Shown: positions 1-9,356, counted from the stretch's first letter. The stretch is 32,000 bases of DNA from an uncultured bacterium (GCA_963699255.1 OY969425.1:150001-182000); one strand, 5' to 3'. The notes: generated by a model from the sequence alone, not told the origin. Translations and numbers: made by a program.

Positions 1-902
1 GTATATTCTTTTTCATAGTACTTGGCTTTGGGGAAAGTGACATCGTGTTTTTTTGAATTACATGAGGCATTATTTACTGTCTCATCGATGGCAGCTTCAG
101 TATTTCGTGGGTTCTTTTTTATATGGAACATGATATCAGAGGATGAAACTTTGGGCCTGGCTTTAGATCCTTTGTCATTCTTGTAGTTATTTTCAAGAGT
201 ATGAATTAGAGTTTTGGCGTTATTAAGCACGGTCTCAGTATGTTTATATTCTCTCTTAAAGTACCAGGCGTCAGAGATTGAGATGCCCAATTCTTTAGAA
301 ATTTTTGGTACTTGAGCATTAGCATTTTCTAGGGCAGTATCCGAGTCTTTATATGCTTTCTCATAGTACATGGCAATATATTTAGGAACTTGATGCTTCT
401 TCATATGAGAAGGAATGGCGTCTACGGCGATTTTTAGGCGTTTTTCGGCTTCATCATATTCTTTTAGATAGAACATGACATAGGAAGGTGGGACGATTCC
501 TTTCCATTTTTTCACCAGCTTTTGAGCAAGATCGAGCCAGACATGAGGGAATGCTTTCGTGTGAATAAAAAAGAACATATCGGTGGGCGAAAACTTAAAT
601 CTGTTCTTCATGTATGTATGGTAAGAAAAAGGCAGGAACCTTCGCATAAGCAGCGCCTGTTGTTTGTTAGAGAGGTCGCTATTTTGATATTCAAATATCA
701 TGTCATGCATAGCTGTGGCCATGCCGAGCGTTGCCTTTGCAATATCAAGAGTCGTTACAGTTACAGGATCAGCAAAAGCATATACGCAATCGGAGTACAG
801 GATCCCTCTTTTGGAAAGTTCCTCCAAGGCCGCCAAAGGTTCCAGGACTAAGCTGTGGGTTGCAATGCCTGCAAATTCGATCAATTTGCTTTCATTTACC
901 AT
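1..902 (-). CDS. hypothetical protein whose 3' end lies beyond the window edge; the C-terminal part consists of ~35-45-aa helical Tyr/Lys/Glu-rich repeats
   Basis: My own reverse-strand translation gives an open frame from ATG (complement of 900-902) to position 1 with no stop: MVNESKLIEFAGIATHSLVLEPLAALEELSKRGILYSDCVYAFADP...KAKYYEKEY. It is absent from the supplied track because it has no in-window stop. The + strand ORFs at 522-1041 are its shadows. No family recognised. Confidence 0.5.
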   Translation of the reverse strand, partial: MVNESKLIEFAGIATHSLVLEPLAALEELSKRGILYSDCVYAFADPVTVTTLDIAKATLGMATAMHDMIFEYQNSDLSNKQQALLMRRFLPFSYHTYMKNRFKFSPTDMFFFIHTKAFPHVWLDLAQKLVKKWKGIVPPSYVMFYLKEYDEAEKRLKIAVDAIPSHMKKHQVPKYIAMYYEKAYKDSDTALENANAQVPKISKELGISISDAWYFKREYKHTETVLNNAKTLIHTLENNYKNDKGSKARPKVSSSDIMFHIKKNPRNTEAAIDETVNNASCNSKKHDVTFPKAKYYEKEY

Positions 903-918
903 ATCATATTTGCGTTTT

Positions 919-1149
919 TCAAAGCGTGATGAAGGATGTTTCTTTATCCATATAAGATTCTTGGATCAGGGAATTTTTAATAGGCTCTTCAAGACAGGAA
1001 ATTTCTTGCGGCAAATTGCCGTTCTTAAAACCATATTTTGATTCTTTGCCGGCAGCTTTTTTTGCGGTATTAAGTATCGGCCTTACCCTGAGATAAAGCT
1101 TGCTCTCCCGAGCGTGCTGGAATTCCGCGTTCGTTATCATATACGTCAT
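919..1149 (-). CDS. hypothetical 76-aa ORF, possibly the frameshifted N-terminal part of the 1..902 ORF
   Basis: ORF track entry. Its stop (919-921) lies 17 nt upstream of the next ORF's ATG. The downstream frame is already open from ~965, so the two frames overlap by ~45 nt and differ by one nucleotide. Confidence 0.3.
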   Translation of the reverse strand: MTYMITNAEFQHARESKLYLRVRPILNTAKKAAGKESKYGFKNGNLPQEISCLEEPIKNSLIQESYMDKETSFITL

Positions 1150-1212
1150 TCGTTCTCCTGTGGTATTTATCGAAAGAAATCAGAGGGAATTTCGGATTTA
1201 GATGTGAATTTA

Positions 1213-2559
1213 TTAGATGCCACTTACCGATAGGCCGAAGATAAGTATGGACGGGGAGCCGATGCTGCCGCTGTGCGGGAAGAACATTATATCTGAACCT
1301 ATCTCATCTATATGATTGAGGATGTCAAATATGTTCCCGGCGAGGGTCATTCCTCTTACCGGCCTTGTTATATCGCCGTTCTCTATCAGGAAACCTGAGA
1401 ATCCGATCGAGAAATCCCCTGAGATCGGGTTTATCGTATGAGCGCCCATGATATTCGTCACCAGCAGCCCTTTGGACATGCCGCTTATTAGTTCGTCCTG
1501 CGTTTTGGATCCTGGCCTGACATATAAGTTGGTCGGCTGGATCTCCGGCTGTGACTTGAACGAACCCCTGAAAGAATTTCCCGTTGATGACATTTTGCTC
1601 TTCTTTGCCGTGTAAGAATTGTGAAGGAAAGACTTTAAAGTCCCGTCCTTTATTATGGCCGTTTCTCTTGTCGGGACGCCCTCATCGTCATATGGCACTG
1701 AGGATGTGCCGCCTTTCAGAATTCCGCAGTCAATCAGGTCCAGTTTAAATGACGCAACGCGTTTATCGATGGCATTGGTAAAGATCGATTTGCCCCTCTG
1801 CACAGATTCAGCCGAAAGGGCAGGGGCTATTGCTGAAATTAGTATCGTTCCGGCATACGGGGATAATAAGATCGGCGATCTCCCGCTTTTTTCCTGTTTG
1901 GCTCCGAGCATCAGCGCCGCTCGTTTTGCGGCTTCCTCTCCGATGTATTTTGCGTCAAGGCCTTTGAAGGCGGTCGAGAATTTAAGCCACGATCCGGTCT
2001 CCATAAGTCCATTGTCTTCCGCGATCACTTCGGCGAATGCTCCGCAGACGGCTTTTTCGTATAGGACATTTACGCCTTTTGAATTGGCTATGACAGTGGT
2101 TGAAACAGAATCCGTGTAGGATATCTTTTCGCTCTTTTTGATCCTTTTATCGACAGAATAAGCGGCTTTTTCTATGTCAACGGCGAGTTTGATCTTGTCT
2201 TCCAGTTTTGTATCTCTTATATCTCCTTCGACCAGAGTGAGTGATGTTTTTTGAGCCTTTGGTTCGGGAAAACCGAAATTTTCGTCGGGCGGGGAGTCTT
2301 CTGAATTGTCCAGTGCCTGTCCGATCAATGTTTCCATGGAATGCTCATCGAGGTCAGCGGTGTATGCGAATCCGATCTTTTTGTTCTTTATGATCCTGAG
2401 GGCCAGCCCGCCTTCATTTATATTATCCACCGATTCTATCTTCCGATTTATGACGTCTATTTTTAATTGTTTTATAGAGCTGGCGTAAACCTCCGCTTCG
2501 TCAGCTTTTGTTTTTACTTTATATAATATATTTTTTGCGAGGTCTTTTGTTATAAGCAT
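1213..2559 (-). CDS. pmbA: PmbA/TldD-family metalloprotease-like protein (PmbA-like)
   Basis: 448-aa ORF with the C-terminal PmbA/TldD-type stretch GDFSIGFSGFLIENGDITRPVRGMTLAGNIFD. I saw no HExxxH motif, so it looks PmbA-like rather than TldD-like. It overlaps pta by 10 nt. Confidence 0.75.
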   Translation of the reverse strand: MLITKDLAKNILYKVKTKADEAEVYASSIKQLKIDVINRKIESVDNINEGGLALRIIKNKKIGFAYTADLDEHSMETLIGQALDNSEDSPPDENFGFPEPKAQKTSLTLVEGDIRDTKLEDKIKLAVDIEKAAYSVDKRIKKSEKISYTDSVSTTVIANSKGVNVLYEKAVCGAFAEVIAEDNGLMETGSWLKFSTAFKGLDAKYIGEEAAKRAALMLGAKQEKSGRSPILLSPYAGTILISAIAPALSAESVQRGKSIFTNAIDKRVASFKLDLIDCGILKGGTSSVPYDDEGVPTRETAIIKDGTLKSFLHNSYTAKKSKMSSTGNSFRGSFKSQPEIQPTNLYVRPGSKTQDELISGMSKGLLVTNIMGAHTINPISGDFSIGFSGFLIENGDITRPVRGMTLAGNIFDILNHIDEIGSDIMFFPHSGSIGSPSILIFGLSVSGI

Positions 2560-3545
2560 TGGACCGCGGTTATAGCAGTGATATTGACGATGTCATCGGC
2601 GCTGCAGCCGCGGGAGAGGTCGTTTATGGGTTTTGCCCCGCCCTGAAGGATAGGGCCGAGCGCTATGGCGCCTCCGATCCTCTCCGTTATCTTGTAGCAA
2701 ATGTTGCCCGCGTCAAGGTCTGGGAATATCAATATATTGGCTTTTCCCGCAACCTTTGAATCGGGCGCTTTCATTTTTCCGATGGAGGGGATCAAAGCCG
2801 CGTCACCCTGGAGTTCCCCGTCTATAAGTAGTTCGGGCCTTTTGTTTTTAACGATATTGGTAGCGGCAACGACCTTGTCCACGTCCGGATGGCTTGCGCT
2901 TCCCTTTGTTGAGAATGAAAGCATCGCGACCTTCGGATCCCGGCCCACAAGCTTCCTGAAGGAATCCGCCGTGGTGATGGCAATGTCAGAGAGTTGATCC
3001 GATGTCGGATTGGGGTTTACTCCGCAGTCAGCATAGAAAAGAAGGCCGTCGATGCCGAATTCTTTCTTGGGCGCGATCATCGCGAAGAAGCTTGAGATCA
3101 GGCTTATTCCGGGAGCCAGGCCCACGCAATGAACAGCCGCTTTTATCGTGTGCGCGGTAGGAGAATTCGCTCCGGTCACCATTCCATCTGCATCGCCGGA
3201 TCTTACCATCATTGCCCCGAAGAACGAATAATCCTCTGACATTATCTTTCTTGCTTCTTCAAGCGTCATCCCTTTCTTTTCCCTCAGCTTCTGGTATTCG
3301 GCAATGTATTTTTCAAGCTTATCCGAACTCGCGGGATCGATGATCGTTGCATCCGATATGTTGACGCTGTTTTTATCGGCGAGATCTTTTATTTCAACTT
3401 CTCTGCCGATAAGTATGATCTTTGCAAGGTGGCTTTTTGTTATTATTTCCGTCGCCCTGAGGATCCTGACGTCAGTTGTTTCCGGGAGTACTATTGTTTT
3501 ATTAAGTTTTCTCGCCTTGTTCCAGGTATCTTGTATAAAATCCAT
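2550..3545 (-). CDS. pta: phosphate acetyltransferase (PTA_PTB family, short form)
   Basis: 331 aa. The N-terminus IVLPETTDVRILRA, the SGDADGMVTGANSPTAHT segment and the C-terminal PINDLSRG segment are typical of phosphotransacetylases. Confidence 0.85.
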   Translation of the reverse strand: MDFIQDTWNKARKLNKTIVLPETTDVRILRATEIITKSHLAKIILIGREVEIKDLADKNSVNISDATIIDPASSDKLEKYIAEYQKLREKKGMTLEEARKIMSEDYSFFGAMMVRSGDADGMVTGANSPTAHTIKAAVHCVGLAPGISLISSFFAMIAPKKEFGIDGLLFYADCGVNPNPTSDQLSDIAITTADSFRKLVGRDPKVAMLSFSTKGSASHPDVDKVVAATNIVKNKRPELLIDGELQGDAALIPSIGKMKAPDSKVAGKANILIFPDLDAGNICYKITERIGGAIALGPILQGGAKPINDLSRGCSADDIVNITAITAVQCL

Positions 3546-3560
3546 TGCTGATCCTTTCCT

Positions 3561-4244
3561 TTAAAAAGGCACCGCTTCCTCGAATTTCGGCCGGTTCAAA
3601 CTTGAAATATAGGTTTCAAGGTCCTTTTTTGTCGCGATGTTCTTGTTCTTGAGCTTGTCAAGGAACTTCAGCCATATCTGGTAAGTAAGTTCGGCGTCAC
3701 CGATGGCCCTGTGGCGGTTCGCGATGTCCAGGTTGAAATATCGCGCTATGGTCGGCAGTTTGTGGTTTTCAAGGTTGGGCAGAAGGTCCCTTGCGACCAG
3801 CAGCGTGCAGACAATGAAATTATCCAGCTCTTTGTTGAGATATTTTTTCATTTTGATTTTTAAAAATGTCGTGTCGAATGCGGCGTTATGGGCCACGATA
3901 ATGCTGTCCCCGATAAAGCTGGCGAAAAGGGAAAGTACCGGCTTGACGGGGAGTTCGCCGACCAGCATTTCCTGGGTTATGCCTGTCAGGCTTACGATAT
4001 TCTCGGGGACCTGTTTTTCGGGCTTGATAAGCTTGTTGAAGATATCCTTTACCTCTCCGCCCTCAACTTTTATCGCGCCTATTTCTATTATTTCATCAGC
4101 GGCCGGATCAAGCCCTGTTGTTTCAATGTCCACTATCACATACGAGAGATTTTCCGGGTCCCCTAGGCGGGTCCTGGCGCGGCTTAAAAATTTAAATTCC
4201 TTCTCCAGCCTGATAAATTCTTCGTCTTTAATGATGTCTGTCAT
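3561..4244 (-). CDS. DEDDh 3'-5' exonuclease (DnaQ / DNA polymerase III epsilon-like)
   Basis: 227 aa with Exo motifs VIVDIETTGL (I), VAHNAAFD (II) and HRAIGDAE (III, His type). Confidence 0.8.
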   Translation of the reverse strand: MTDIIKDEEFIRLEKEFKFLSRARTRLGDPENLSYVIVDIETTGLDPAADEIIEIGAIKVEGGEVKDIFNKLIKPEKQVPENIVSLTGITQEMLVGELPVKPVLSLFASFIGDSIIVAHNAAFDTTFLKIKMKKYLNKELDNFIVCTLLVARDLLPNLENHKLPTIARYFNLDIANRHRAIGDAELTYQIWLKFLDKLKNKNIATKKDLETYISSLNRPKFEEAVPF

Positions 4245-5305
4245 ATTTGAGTTAGTTCGTAGCTTCTTTTTCCGATCCCAAGGCTTTCAGCATAACTTAA
4301 TTGAACCGACCAGTCAATATCCGGATAAATTTCCCTGAACTTGTCCTTTGATCCGCTTCCTTTATTGACCAGATCCACGCTTGCTTGATCGATCGCGACC
4401 GGATCATACGATGCCAGCAGGCCAATATCAGCGGTCACCGGCGGATCGTTCCACCCGTAACAGTCGCAGTTCGGCGATATGTCCGTCAGGAAATTAAAGT
4501 AAGCCATCTTGTTTTTCTTGTCCTTCCATACCCCATAAAAATACTCGACGATCTTTTCCTGTACCGAAGCCGGGTTGCCGGCCCAGGAGACCGCGATGGC
4601 GCCAAAATTGCAGCTGGCGATGCACTCTCCGCATCCTATGCACTTGCTCTTGTCTATCTCGGATTTATTGTTCACCAGCTTGATCGCGGAAGTGGGGCAC
4701 CACATTATGCAGCACCCGCACGCCGTGCATTTTTCTTTGTTGACCTCCGGGTGCACATCGGAGTGCATCGTCTGTTTTCCCGCCCTTGAACCGAGCCCCA
4801 TGCCTATGTTCTTTAAGGCGCCGCCGAAACCCGTCAGCTCGTGTCCTTTGAAATGTGTAAGCACGATCAGGCTCTCGGCATGGAAGGCCGCGGCCGCTAT
4901 CTTGACGTCCTTGAAATGTTTCAGATTGACGCTTACCTGGATGGATTCTTTTCCCGTCAATCCGTCCGCGATGATGACCGGGACGCCAATATCCGTGAAA
5001 TCATACCCGTGTTTGTAGGCCGTAATCATATGATTTACCGCGTCGGACCTGGTGCCTTTATACAAAGTGTTCGCGTCGGTCAAAAAGGGGAGGGCTTTCA
5101 ATTTTTTGATCCTCTCGATCAAAGGCTTGATGTTCGAGGGTTTCAGGTAAGCGGTATTCCCGATCTCTCCGAAATGGACCTTAAGCGCGGTAAGGGAGCT
5201 CTCCTTTATGAAAGATGTTTTAAGGGCGTCAAAAAGCTTTGATATATCCTTATCTTTTGAGAAGAAAACCTTTGATTTTTCCATCTGCCGTTTCTCATCT
5301 CTCAT
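4241..5305 (-). CDS. DUF362-type protein with an inserted 2x[4Fe-4S] ferredoxin domain
   Basis: Two ferredoxin cysteine motifs (CTACGCCIMWCP and CIGCGECIASCN) sit in a DUF362-like scaffold. The start could instead be the ATG at 5284 (MEKSKVFF). Confidence 0.7.
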   Translation of the reverse strand: MRDEKRQMEKSKVFFSKDKDISKLFDALKTSFIKESSLTALKVHFGEIGNTAYLKPSNIKPLIERIKKLKALPFLTDANTLYKGTRSDAVNHMITAYKHGYDFTDIGVPVIIADGLTGKESIQVSVNLKHFKDVKIAAAAFHAESLIVLTHFKGHELTGFGGALKNIGMGLGSRAGKQTMHSDVHPEVNKEKCTACGCCIMWCPTSAIKLVNNKSEIDKSKCIGCGECIASCNFGAIAVSWAGNPASVQEKIVEYFYGVWKDKKNKMAYFNFLTDISPNCDCYGWNDPPVTADIGLLASYDPVAIDQASVDLVNKGSGSKDKFREIYPDIDWSVQLSYAESLGIGKRSYELTQI

Positions 5306-5326
5306 CTCGCGTCTCGCATCTCTTTT

Positions 5327-6112
5327 TTATTGATATACTTCGGGCCGCCGGTCAAGGAGTACAGGCATTGATTTGCGTACTTCCTCGATGCGCCCCAGGT
5401 CTATTTCGGAAACAAGTATCCCTTCTTTGTCATCAAGCTCATGAAGCACGGTGCCGTAAGGATCTATCGCTATAGAATGACCAAAGTATTCAGGGTTCTT
5501 GCCCCCTATCCTGTTGACGCCGATCAAGAACACCTGGTTCTCTATCGCTCTGGACCTTAAGATCGCGTGCCAGTGATGTTCCCTCGGGCGGGGGAATTGT
5601 GATGGGACTATGAGCACTTCGGCCCCTTCCAGCGTGAGTTTTCTCGCGATCTCAGGGAATCTTATATCATAACAGATCGTGATCCCGAGCTTTGCCAGAG
5701 GCGTCGCGATAACGGATATTCTGTCGCCTCCGGCGAAATATTTTGATTCATCTGTCATGGAAAAAGGATGTATCTTGCGGCTAAAGCCGAGCGTTTTTCT
5801 TTCAGGGGAGAAGACCATGGATGTATTGTAGAGCTTTCCTTCAAAGAGCTCAGGGATCGATCCACCAACAATGTAGGCGTTCGTCTTGTAAGAGAGGTTC
5901 GTCAGGAAGGATGTCAGTTCATTAAAGTATTCTTTCGCCATATTTTTAATGTAAGGGAATGCAAAGCCCGTTGCGAACATCTCCGGGAATATGATCATGT
6001 CAGGGTTGAATTTGAGGCTTTTTTCCGACAGAGCGATAGCGGTCTTCAGGTTGTGCTGTATATCGCCCGGCTTTACGTCCATTTGTATGCCCGTTATGAC
6101 AAATCTCTTCAT
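5327..6112 (-). CDS. carbon-nitrogen hydrolase (nitrilase superfamily amidohydrolase)
   Basis: 261 aa with Glu-Lys-Cys triad contexts FPEMF, RKIHPF and ICYDIRFPE. Confidence 0.8.
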   Translation of the reverse strand: MKRFVITGIQMDVKPGDIQHNLKTAIALSEKSLKFNPDMIIFPEMFATGFAFPYIKNMAKEYFNELTSFLTNLSYKTNAYIVGGSIPELFEGKLYNTSMVFSPERKTLGFSRKIHPFSMTDESKYFAGGDRISVIATPLAKLGITICYDIRFPEIARKLTLEGAEVLIVPSQFPRPREHHWHAILRSRAIENQVFLIGVNRIGGKNPEYFGHSIAIDPYGTVLHELDDKEGILVSEIDLGRIEEVRKSMPVLLDRRPEVYQ

Positions 6113-6741
6113 GCCTTCAGTTCCTTTGCCGTTTTGAAGAAATCAAGCGCGCCTCTGACTTCCTTCATATCCTGCCAGGTATGCCATTTAGGGCTTCCAA
6201 CCTCTTTCGATTGGTTCCTTAAGAGGTAGGAAGGATGGAAGATCGGCATCACCGAAATATCCGTTCCCGCGAGCTTGAACCATTTCCCCCGGATCTTTGA
6301 TATCGGGTCTTCGTTCTTCAATACGACCTTTGTTGAAGGAGCGCCGGCAAGAAGGATTATTTTTGGCTGGATCAGCTTGATCTGGGCTTCAAGATATGGG
6401 TAGCAGGCTGTAGTCTCTTCCACCTGCGGGGTCCTGTTCTCCGGAGGTCTGCACTTGACTATATTGGCGATATAAATGTCTTTTTCCCTGTCGATATTGA
6501 TTGAAGCCAGGATCTGGGTCAACAGCTGTCCCGCTCTCCCGACAAAAGGAAGTCCCGACAGGTCTTCCTGTTCACCGGGCCCTTCGCCAATAAGCATAAG
6601 ATCGCAGGGGACCGGTCCGTGCCCGAAGACTACTTTTGTACGTGTTTTTGCCAGGACGCACTTCGTGCATTTCTGGGCTATTGCTTCAAGTTCTTTGTAG
6701 GAGAGGGAACTTAAGTCTTCCTCTTTTTCGAATAATGTCAT
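6109..6741 (-). CDS. uracil-DNA glycosylase, family 4
   Basis: 210 aa with GEGPGEQEDLSGLPFVGRAG and HPSYLLR motifs and N-terminal cysteines (CTKC) consistent with the Fe-S family-4 UDGs. Confidence 0.85.
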   Translation of the reverse strand: MTLFEKEEDLSSLSYKELEAIAQKCTKCVLAKTRTKVVFGHGPVPCDLMLIGEGPGEQEDLSGLPFVGRAGQLLTQILASINIDREKDIYIANIVKCRPPENRTPQVEETTACYPYLEAQIKLIQPKIILLAGAPSTKVVLKNEDPISKIRGKWFKLAGTDISVMPIFHPSYLLRNQSKEVGSPKWHTWQDMKEVRGALDFFKTAKELKA

Positions 6742-6804
6742 TTATTCACCGGCAGAATGATAACAAAAATACCGGGCGATTACAAACGGCCATATTAAGC
6801 GGCG

Positions 6805-6837
6805 TGAAATTATATGCATATATTTTCGATATATATG
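6805..6837 (+). promoter_or_regulatory. degenerate sigma-28-like promoter (TGAAATTAT-N13-CGATATATATG)
   Basis: It has the same -10-like box and the same 13-nt spacing as the promoters in the 20-32 kb island. The box begins 27 nt before the ATG at 6854. Confidence 0.4.
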
Positions 6838-6853
6838 TTAGAGGGGATCAATA

Positions 6854-7657
6854 ATGTCGATAATCAGTATAAATAGCAAATCTATTAAGCGTGATTATAA
6901 CGGTTACAGCAAATATTTGGAAGATAGCAAGGACAATCAAAATATCCATGCCAATAGGTGTCGTTATGATGGTATCCATAAATACATGGAAGATTTCAGG
7001 AACAGCCAAAAGAGCAATTCTTATAAGCGTAATTACAATGGCTACAACCAGTATTTGGAAGGCAGCAAGGACAATCAAAATATCCATGCCAATAGGTGTC
7101 GTTATGATGGCATCCATAAATATATGGAAGATTTCAGGAATGGCCAAAAGTCCAAAATTATTGATCCAAATGATGTTCTTCAGCTTTATTGGGCGCAAAA
7201 GTTGGATATCGATGAAATATCAAAAAATAACCCGACACCTGTTCTTCAGGCGGATAATCGTGATCCGGCGCTTATAAAGGCAATGTCAGATCATAATACC
7301 CCTTCAGTACTTCAGTGGCAGTTATTGGCAATAGGTGTGAACTGCAATAATGCCTTGCAAACATTGGGTTTTTCAGTTATTCAAGATGCCGCAAGTGGTT
7401 TGAGCCGTTTAATTGGAGATGGAAGGATAGCGCCATACACTACCGATGAGCAGATATGGCAGGCATGGCAAAATTCGCTTGGGAAGAACGTGGCCAATAC
7501 CTTATACTCAGGAACAGAAAGCGTAGCGATATATATGACAGGAGAAATGGCCGACGCTTTACTTCCTTTAAAAGGGTCCATAGGGAAAGGGCTTGTAAAG
7601 AACAGTGCTTATGCCGGCGCTTCTTACGGCTTCAATTATATGTCGATGGAGAAATAA
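6854..7657 (+). CDS. hypothetical protein with a 2 x 46-aa N-terminal tandem repeat
   Basis: 267-aa ORF with a strong RBS (GAGGGGA, 6 nt upstream). No signal peptide and no recognised family. Residues R13-K58 are repeated as R59-D104. Confidence 0.6.
   Translation: MSIISINSKSIKRDYNGYSKYLEDSKDNQNIHANRCRYDGIHKYMEDFRNSQKSNSYKRNYNGYNQYLEGSKDNQNIHANRCRYDGIHKYMEDFRNGQKSKIIDPNDVLQLYWAQKLDIDEISKNNPTPVLQADNRDPALIKAMSDHNTPSVLQWQLLAIGVNCNNALQTLGFSVIQDAASGLSRLIGDGRIAPYTTDEQIWQAWQNSLGKNVANTLYSGTESVAIYMTGEMADALLPLKGSIGKGLVKNSAYAGASYGFNYMSMEK
6890..7165 (+). repeat. tandem direct repeat, 2 x 138 bp, in frame within the 6854 ORF
   Basis: Unit 1 spans 6890-7027 and unit 2 spans 7028-7165. An ~80-nt core is nearly identical: agcaaggacaatcaaaatatccatgccaataggtgtcgttatgatgg.atccataaata.atggaagatttcaggaa. 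Confidence 0.9.
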
Positions 7658-7793
7658 GACTCTTATCCATTATATCCTTTGGTGTTGCACCTCAATTTAG
7701 AACCCGGGGACTCTTTTTTCATTTCAATATTACCTTTTCCTGTGTTATAATTACTTGTCTAATTTCAGCAATTTTCCTATTGGAGAGCAAAAA

Positions 7794-9355
7794 ATGAAGC
7801 AGGTTAAGTTATTTGATACTACGCTCAGGGACGGCGCCCAGACGGAGGGTATTTCCTTCACTGTTGAGGACAAACTGAAGATCGCCAAACTACTGGACAG
7901 GCTGGGAATTCACTATATCGAGGGCGGCTGGCCGGCTTCAACCCGAAAGATATCGAGTTCTTCAAGAGAGCTAGGGAACTTGATCTGAAAAACGCCAAAA
8001 TTGTCGCGTTCGGAAGCACGAGAAGAGCAAAGATAAAACCCGATGATGACCCGAACCTTAAAGCGATCATAGAGTCGGGAGCTCCCGCGGTCGCTTTATT
8101 CGGCAAATCCTGGGATTTCCATGTAACGGAAGCGCTGAAGATCTCTCTGGACGAGAATGTGGAACTTGTTGAAGATTCGATCAGTTTTCTTAAAAAGCAC
8201 GGCAAAGAAGTGATATTCGATGCCGAACATTTTTTTGACGGATATAAAGCCAACCCGAAATACGCGCTCAGGGTCCTGAGGGCGGCGCAATCCGGCGGCG
8301 CGGATGTTCTCTGCCTGTGCGATACGAACGGCGGAACGCTTGCTTTTGAAGCGCAGAAGATCATCAACGACGTAAAAAAACACGTGAAGAAGCCTCTGGG
8401 AATTCACGCTCACAATGATTCCGAATGCGCGGTCTCGGTTTCCTGTATGGCGGTTTACTGCGGGGTGACGCATGTCCAGGGGACGATGAACGGATACGGC
8501 GAGAGATGCGGCAACGCCGACCTTTGTTCGATAATCCCGATATTGAAGCTCAAACTCGGGATCGACTGCATCTCCGACGATCAGCTGAAAAGCCTGACCG
8601 AGATATCACGGCACATTGCCGAGATCGCAAATCTGCAGCAGAGCGTGCATCAGCCTTTTGTCGGCAGGAGCGCGTTCGCTCATAAAGGCGGGATCCATGT
8701 AAGCGCCGTTTTGAAGCATCCCGGCACATACGAGCACATTAAGCCAAGCCTGGTCGGCAATGAGCAGAGGGTAACGATCTCGGAGCTTTCCGGCGTGAGC
8801 AATCTTGTTTACAAAGCGAAGGATTACGGCGTTGACATAAAAAAAGATTCGCCGGAAGTAAAAACACTGCTTTCCAGTCTGAAAGCGTTGGAGCTCGAAG
8901 GCTACCAGTTCGAGGAAGGAGAAGCTTCTTTTGAGCTTCTTGTGAAGAAAGCGTTGAAAGCGTTCAAGCCCAGGTTCACTCTTGAAGGTTTTGACATCGT
9001 TACGGTCAAGCACGACACTGAGGCCACAAAAGTAAAAGCAAAACTGAAAATAAGGGTGGGGGAGAACGTCTCTGAGACGGAAGCTTACGGGGACGGGCCG
9101 ATCAATGCCATTGACGGCGCTTTAAGGAAGGCGATCGAAAGCGTTTTCCCGGAAATAAAGGAAGTTAAACTTACGGATTACAAGGTGAGGGTCCTGGATT
9201 CCGAGGAAGGCACCGCCGCGAAGGTGCGCGTTATCGTTGAATCTACCGACGGCAAAAGGACGTGGGGGACGGTTGGCGTTTCAACGAATGTCATTGAAGC
9301 GAGCTGGTTCGCGCTGCTGGACAGCATAGAATATAAGCTCATGATAGGAGAATAG
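7794..9355 (+). pseudogene. cimA: citramalate synthase / 2-isopropylmalate synthase family (CimA type), interrupted by an apparent 1-nt frameshift near 7932-7937
   Basis: The N-terminal piece (ATG 7794, [48 protein letters not shown]) stops at 7988. The protein continues in the frame one nucleotide back, from 7937 ([30 protein letters not shown]...), through the tracked ORF 8159..9355, which ends with a LeuA-dimer-like regulatory domain. This could be a sequencing error rather than a true pseudogene. Confidence 0.7.
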
Positions 9356-9356
9356 C

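Noticed and set aside
522-1041. Three + strand ORFs (522..851, 700..1041, 731..955)
   Set aside because: They overlap each other and lie antisense to a much longer uninterrupted minus-strand frame (1..902). Their translations are Cys/Arg-rich and low-complexity, and I see no RBS. I treat them as shadow ORFs.
6848-7198. 116-aa hydrophobic, membrane-protein-like ORF antisense to the tandem repeat
   Set aside because: It has a TTG start with no SD. It lies entirely inside the longer + strand ORF, which has a strong RBS and a promoter-like box. Antisense translation of Lys/Asn/Asp/Tyr-rich AT-rich codons automatically yields Ile/Leu/Phe/Val-rich peptides. I cannot exclude it without expression data.
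7527-7548. CGATATATATG followed by AGGAG and ATG inside the 6854 ORF, resembling the island's -10 box plus RBS
   Set aside because: There is no -35-like element 13 nt upstream (TACTCAGGA there). It also lies in frame within a continuous coding region, so it is probably coincidental.
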